Assembly: GCA_964361495.1 (NCBI GenBank)
Contig: CAYIAH010000003.1
Coordinates: 1-60,129, forward strand
From: an uncultured Candidatus Saccharibacteria bacterium
GTDB lineage: Bacteria > Patescibacteriota > Minisyncoccia > Sungbacterales > HO2-52-23
Direction: 5' to 3'
Length of the DNA: 60,129 bases
Shown: positions 56,300-60,129 of the stretch, piece after piece
How positions within the stretch are numbered: the stretch's first letter is position 1
Layout of the letters: every line of letters starts with the position of its first letter
Program-made: the position numbers and the translations under genes
The notes under the pieces: model-generated
Seen by the model: only the letters and a program-made list of their open reading frames with translations
The model's database searches: none
Told to the model about the DNA's origin: nothing

Positions 56300-57351
56300 C
56301 TTCGGGAGCCCTCCCCAAGAAGCGGCACAAGTTGCGTAATCATCCGATCAAGACTATGACGTTCCGTGACGATCCGCCGGAGTATTTCATTCGGCCGCGG
56401 ATCGCCCGCAAGAGCTCCCAGACGCCCCGCGACAAACTCGGGACTCGTGTGTTCAAGAAAATATCGCGGCGGCAGAATATCGCGGTACGCTTCATTCGCA
56501 GTCAGCACCGTGCGTCCGCATGCCATTGCTTCGAGCACCGCTTTATCAAGCGATCCGGTCGCCGAAAGATTCAAAAAGAAATCGTGTTCGTTGAGAAACG
56601 CAGGGATCTCGCGGTATGGCCGCGGGCCGAGAAACTGCACGGCGCGCGCGAGCCCCGCATCCGCGACATACTTCCGAAGCAGAAGATAATACTTCTCGTC
56701 ATGCGCCGTCATTGGCCCTCCCGCGATGGAAAGCATCCAGCGTCCGGGCTCTTTTTTCTCCAGGATCTCAAGCGCTTTCAGCATTGTCTCATAATCTTTC
56801 ACCGGCGAGATTCGGCCCACCGTGATAATCCGCATACCCGACCCTTCGCGAAACGATTCTCTCTTGTCAGGACAAAATGCATCGGTATCAATCGCCTGCC
56901 CGGTATAGATCACTTTTTTCGAAGGAAGACGAAATCCGTTCGCCGATGAAGTAATCACCGTAGTCACAAGACGTTCCGCAACTTTCAATTTCCACGACAC
57001 GACGCCGTGCGCATACCAAAGAATCGACCGGCGCGGCATTGTTTTGAGAAAAGGCGCGGCGGCGAGCACAAATTCAGGAATCTGATGAAATAAGATAGCG
57101 TCCGATTCGCGGTAGTGGCGCGCGAAAAGCTTCATGAATTTGACGAACCTCCCGAACCGTCCGCGCGTTCCCCTTTCTCCCGTGCCAAAAACCGCAATCT
57201 TCACATGAGAAGGCAATTCTGCGTCGCCCGCCTCGCGGCAGAGAATCGTGAAAGCGTCCGCATGCGGCGCGAGTTTTTCCCACCATCGGTAAAAAGCTCC
57301 GAGGTTCTCATCGTTCCTGTCTACTTTTTGGGTGATCGCCAATAATCTCAT
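56296..57351 (-). CDS. GT-B glycosyltransferase (GT4-like)
   Basis: MRLLAITQKVD and GSLDKAVLEAMACGRTVLT. The ATG at 57351 forms an ATGA overlap with the upstream stop; the ORF-track start at 57363 is a GTG. Confidence 0.7.
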   Translation of the reverse strand: MRLLAITQKVDRNDENLGAFYRWWEKLAPHADAFTILCREAGDAELPSHVKIAVFGTGERGTRGRFGRFVKFMKLFARHYRESDAILFHQIPEFVLAAAPFLKTMPRRSILWYAHGVVSWKLKVAERLVTTVITSSANGFRLPSKKVIYTGQAIDTDAFCPDKRESFREGSGMRIITVGRISPVKDYETMLKALEILEKKEPGRWMLSIAGGPMTAHDEKYYLLLRKYVADAGLARAVQFLGPRPYREIPAFLNEHDFFLNLSATGSLDKAVLEAMACGRTVLTANEAYRDILPPRYFLEHTSPEFVAGRLGALAGDPRPNEILRRIVTERHSLDRMITQLVPLLGEGSRR

Positions 57352-60129
57352 GAAGCGAGGCACTGCTTAAAACTCTCTCTATATAACGCAACGGAGTGAT
57401 CGCGCGTTTTTGGCAATGCTGCCGCAACCGCCGCATATCCCGCATCCGCAATTTTCTTTCTCATCCCGGGATCTTCATATAATAATTGTACCGCGCCGAG
57501 AAATTCGTGCATATCTCCCACCCGCGCCACCAAACCATGTTCTCCATGCGTAATCACTTCATTCGCAAGCCCGACATCAGTCATCACCACGGGAAGACCC
57601 GCCGCCATCGCCTCAACCGCCGCCATTCCCCATCCTTCATACTTTGATGAGAAAAGAAACACGTCAAAAGATTTGTAAAAAGAGGCGAGGTCCTTCCGCC
57701 ACGGCTCCAGGATAACGTGTTTTTCCAGCGCCCGATTCTTAATTCTTAATTCATACCTTCCGCGATCCGGTCCCTCTCCCACAATAACAAGAAGCACTTT
57801 GGGATGTATTTTTACAAATTCCGCCATCATATCAATAAGCATCAAAAAATTTTTCTCTTTTTCTACAAATCTTCCCGCAGTGATCATTTTAAATGAATAC
57901 CCGCCGAATCGTTCGTCAACTTTTGGATCACGGACCGCATCCCGGAATTTTGAAACGTCGGTAAAAATCGGCAATACCGCAATAGGGCATCCGGGGCTCG
58001 ATATCCCGGATGCAACAAGAGATCTTTTTATTCTCTCTGACACGACACGCACACAATCTGCCCGCGGAATAAGAAATCGCGCAACGAGATACCGTGCATA
58101 TTCTTTCCATGATGCGCGCCGATACCACGAACTCATCACATCGGTGTGCAATTCAAGGCGAAAAGGAACGCGAAACCACCACGCAACAAGGAACGCCGCA
58201 ACCCCGGTTTCGTCCGCGCCTTGCGCGCTTACGATATCGCATCTTCTGAGACGCTGAATCCGAAACGCCTTTACACAATATAAAAATGGCCGCACAAAGA
58301 ATGCGCGTACGAAGATCGGATATATATGAAGTCGCCCTTCGTGCGCTTCCCGCGCTCCGCGTTTCCCGATTGAAACCGCATGCAGTTCATCGAACGATGC
58401 GGCATACTCGCGTAAGCGGTCGCGCACCTCGGAGTCGTCATCGAAAATCTTTGGATCCGAAGAACACATAAGCACGCTCATCCCGATACGATTTCGGACG
58501 AGAAATGAAATGGTTTGACGCATCATCCGTTCGCGGGAAAACGAGCGCGCGCGGGCAACCTCATGATCTCGCAGCGCCGCGCGGGCTTCAGGGGCCATAT
58601 CGCGGAGTCCCCGGATGATGCGGGCGATTCCATTCGTATCATTATACTCAAAAAGAAGTTCGGCGCACTGATCTCGAACGAGTTCCGGATTCCCGCCCGC
58701 ACGCGATGCCGCCACGGGCACCCCCAGCGCCATTGCTTCAAGAAGTGTATGCGAAAATCCTTCATACCCGGAATTGAGAATGAACACATCGCTTGCCGCG
58801 CAATATGCAAGAAAGGTTTCGTGCACGACGCCTCCGGTAAAAAAAACTTGCTCGCCAACGCCCGCATCACGCGCCAAATTCCGTAATGCCGATTCCTGAG
58901 GACCGTTGCCGACAATGACGAGCCGGATATTCGGAATCGTCTCTGCAAGAGACGGTATCATTTTAATAAGAGTCTCAAATCCTTTCCATGACACAAGTCG
59001 TCCTGCAGATAAAATCACATACCCATCAAGGCCTAAAGATGCGCGCGCATCCTCGCGCGAGATCGTGCGCGCCGGCGGCTCAAATGCGTTATACACGACA
59101 CAAATCTTCTCCTCTGCAACACCCCATTGTTGAACAATTTCCTTTAGATACTGACTCGGCACGATCACGCGCTCCGCCTGCCCTGCGGTCCAGCGTTCCG
59201 CCCGCCGCCGCATCTCCGTCATAAAATCCAAATGTTGCTTCTGAAATTGTTCTATCGTCACATAGTTTTGAGTTTTGAGTTTTGAGTTTTGAGCTCCGTG
59301 CTGATATTGTTCCCATGCATAATCACCGACTATTTTGAGCAGAAACCGTTTGCCCAAAAACAACGCCGCGAGCGCTGCGGGAATTCCGACGCTTACCGGA
59401 TCCTGCGCAAAAATAACGTCCGCGCCGCGTCCTGCGACGACAATCTTCAAAAAATACGCCGCGTGCCGAATCACTTTTGGCAGATGACGAACGGCTCGAA
59501 ACGCCGCGACGCGCGTCGCGATACGCTCACGCGGCAATTCGTCAGTGAGGATTTTGCTATACGTCGCCGGGCCTCCGATCTCCGGCGGAAAAAGACCGGT
59601 TGCAATGACAAGCCGTATCCGCGCCTCAACGAGACGCCGAAAACTTTCCGCGTACTTGCGCGCAATAGAATCCCATGAAAACCGCTCCCGCGCCATGCGT
59701 CCGCCTTCTTCAATAATTCTCTCGCGAAGTGTGCGATCCCGCAAAAGCGTCATAATTTTTTCCGCGAGATCCGCCGGATCTTCGGGATGCGCAAAAAGAC
59801 CGGTTCTCCCCTCTTCGATAATATCCCGGATTCCGCCCACCGGTGTGCCAATAACGGGGAGACCGGCGGCAAGCGCCTCGACAAACGCATTGCCCATTCC
59901 CTCGGATCGCGACGGCCGCACAAAAAGATCCGCCTCGCCAAGATACCCGGGGATGTCTTCATAAGAAACTCCGCCCAAAAACCGCACCGTGCGCTCAAGT
60001 CCCCCGCGCTCAACTCTTAACTTTAATTTTTTCTCCTCAGGCCCTTCGCCAATAATAGACAGCTGTATCTCGGGAAAACTCTCTTTGACGCGGCGAACCG
60101 CATCAATCAAAATATCAACTCCTTTTTTG
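57348..60129 (-). CDS. Multi-module GT4 glycosyltransferase (at least 2.5 GT4 modules in one frame; 5' end off-window)
   Basis: The frame is open from 57348 to the window edge. Module 1 is a C-terminal half only (SEGMGNAFVEALAAGLPVIGT). Module 2 starts near 59621 (RIRLVIATGLFPPEIGGPATY ... EGFSHTLLEAMALGVPVAAS). Module 3 starts at the internal ATG at 58481 (MSVLMCSSDPKIF ... EGWGMAAVEAMAAGLPVVMT). Confidence 0.7.
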   Translation of the reverse strand, partial: KKGVDILIDAVRRVKESFPEIQLSIIGEGPEEKKLKLRVERGGLERTVRFLGGVSYEDIPGYLGEADLFVRPSRSEGMGNAFVEALAAGLPVIGTPVGGIRDIIEEGRTGLFAHPEDPADLAEKIMTLLRDRTLRERIIEEGGRMARERFSWDSIARKYAESFRRLVEARIRLVIATGLFPPEIGGPATYSKILTDELPRERIATRVAAFRAVRHLPKVIRHAAYFLKIVVAGRGADVIFAQDPVSVGIPAALAALFLGKRFLLKIVGDYAWEQYQHGAQNSKLKTQNYVTIEQFQKQHLDFMTEMRRRAERWTAGQAERVIVPSQYLKEIVQQWGVAEEKICVVYNAFEPPARTISREDARASLGLDGYVILSAGRLVSWKGFETLIKMIPSLAETIPNIRLVIVGNGPQESALRNLARDAGVGEQVFFTGGVVHETFLAYCAASDVFILNSGYEGFSHTLLEAMALGVPVAASRAGGNPELVRDQCAELLFEYNDTNGIARIIRGLRDMAPEARAALRDHEVARARSFSRERMMRQTISFLVRNRIGMSVLMCSSDPKIFDDDSEVRDRLREYAASFDELHAVSIGKRGAREAHEGRLHIYPIFVRAFFVRPFLYCVKAFRIQRLRRCDIVSAQGADETGVAAFLVAWWFRVPFRLELHTDVMSSWYRRASWKEYARYLVARFLIPRADCVRVVSERIKRSLVASGISSPGCPIAVLPIFTDVSKFRDAVRDPKVDERFGGYSFKMITAGRFVEKEKNFLMLIDMMAEFVKIHPKVLLVIVGEGPDRGRYELRIKNRALEKHVILEPWRKDLASFYKSFDVFLFSSKYEGWGMAAVEAMAAGLPVVMTDVGLANEVITHGEHGLVARVGDMHEFLGAVQLLYEDPGMRKKIADAGYAAVAAALPKTRDHSVALYRESFKQCLAS
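59264..59293. repeat. Heptanucleotide tandem repeat AGTTTTG x4.3 inside the multi-GT4 coding sequence
   Basis: Read directly: AGTTTTG AGTTTTG AGTTTTG AGTTTTG AG. On the coding strand it encodes AQNSKLKTQN. Confidence 0.9.

Noticed and set aside
1-60129. The whole island as a horizontally acquired genomic island.
   Set aside because: No tRNA, integrase, direct-repeat boundaries or transposase are visible in the window. Compositional shifts are local (the regulator, the GT-C genes and the plus-strand methyltransferase), and I cannot quantify them without computation.

Overview
This 60.1-kb window is almost entirely coding, with about 57 CDS of which about 51 lie on the minus strand. By eye I found no rRNA, tRNA, CRISPR array, transposase or integrase. 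The whole window reads as one very large cell-surface glycan biosynthesis island. All calls rest on motif recognition in the supplied translations; no HMM or BLAST search could be run.

Modules, left to right:
1. 93-9564 (-): a translationally coupled nonulosonic (sialic-like) acid operon. It holds two NeuA-like CMP-transferases, NeuC, a NeuB fused to a cupin isomerase-like domain, a HAD phosphatase, a Gfo/Idh/MocA oxidoreductase, a TagD-like cytidylyltransferase, a TagF-like transferase, a zinc-ribbon methyltransferase and a CysH-type APS/PAPS reductase.
2. 9638-10338: an AT-rich gene for a membrane-anchored PaaX/Cas2-fold regulator, bracketed by two near-identical palindromes.
3. 10402-12282 (+): a fused transketolase.
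4. 12283-32920 (-): dTDP- and GDP-sugar modification genes. These are RmlA/B, an RmlC-like cupin, an FdtA-like isomerase, a DegT aminotransferase, a C-methyltransferase, several SDR enzymes, a Ugd-family dehydrogenase and many methyltransferases. This block also carries a first heptose activation set (GmhA, HddA, and an NTP-transferase::GmhB fusion).
5. 32977-45962: three GT-C type membrane glycosyltransferases and two GtrB-like polyprenyl-phosphate GT2 enzymes. This block also carries a transaldolase coupled to a second heptose set (GmhB, GmhA, HddA) and an AsnB-type amidotransferase.
6. 45950-60129 (-): three tandem TagF-like paralogs, Gmd, and a run of GT4 glycosyltransferases. The run ends in an open reading frame that fuses at least three GT4 modules, contains a 7-nt x4 tandem repeat and continues off the window.

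Gene style (Shine-Dalgarno use, 19 ATGA stop/start overlaps, PaaX-like regulator, split-type transketolase) suggests an uncultivated bacterial lineage, possibly CPR/Patescibacteria-like. That taxonomic guess is inference only.

Most notable candidates:
- the NeuB::cupin fusion;
- the four-member TagF-like family plus a TagD-like enzyme next to CMP-nonulosonate and NDP-heptose pathways, which may indicate a teichoic-acid-like or phospho-linked glycopolymer;
- the twin operator palindromes;
- the heptanucleotide repeat inside the multi-GT4 gene.
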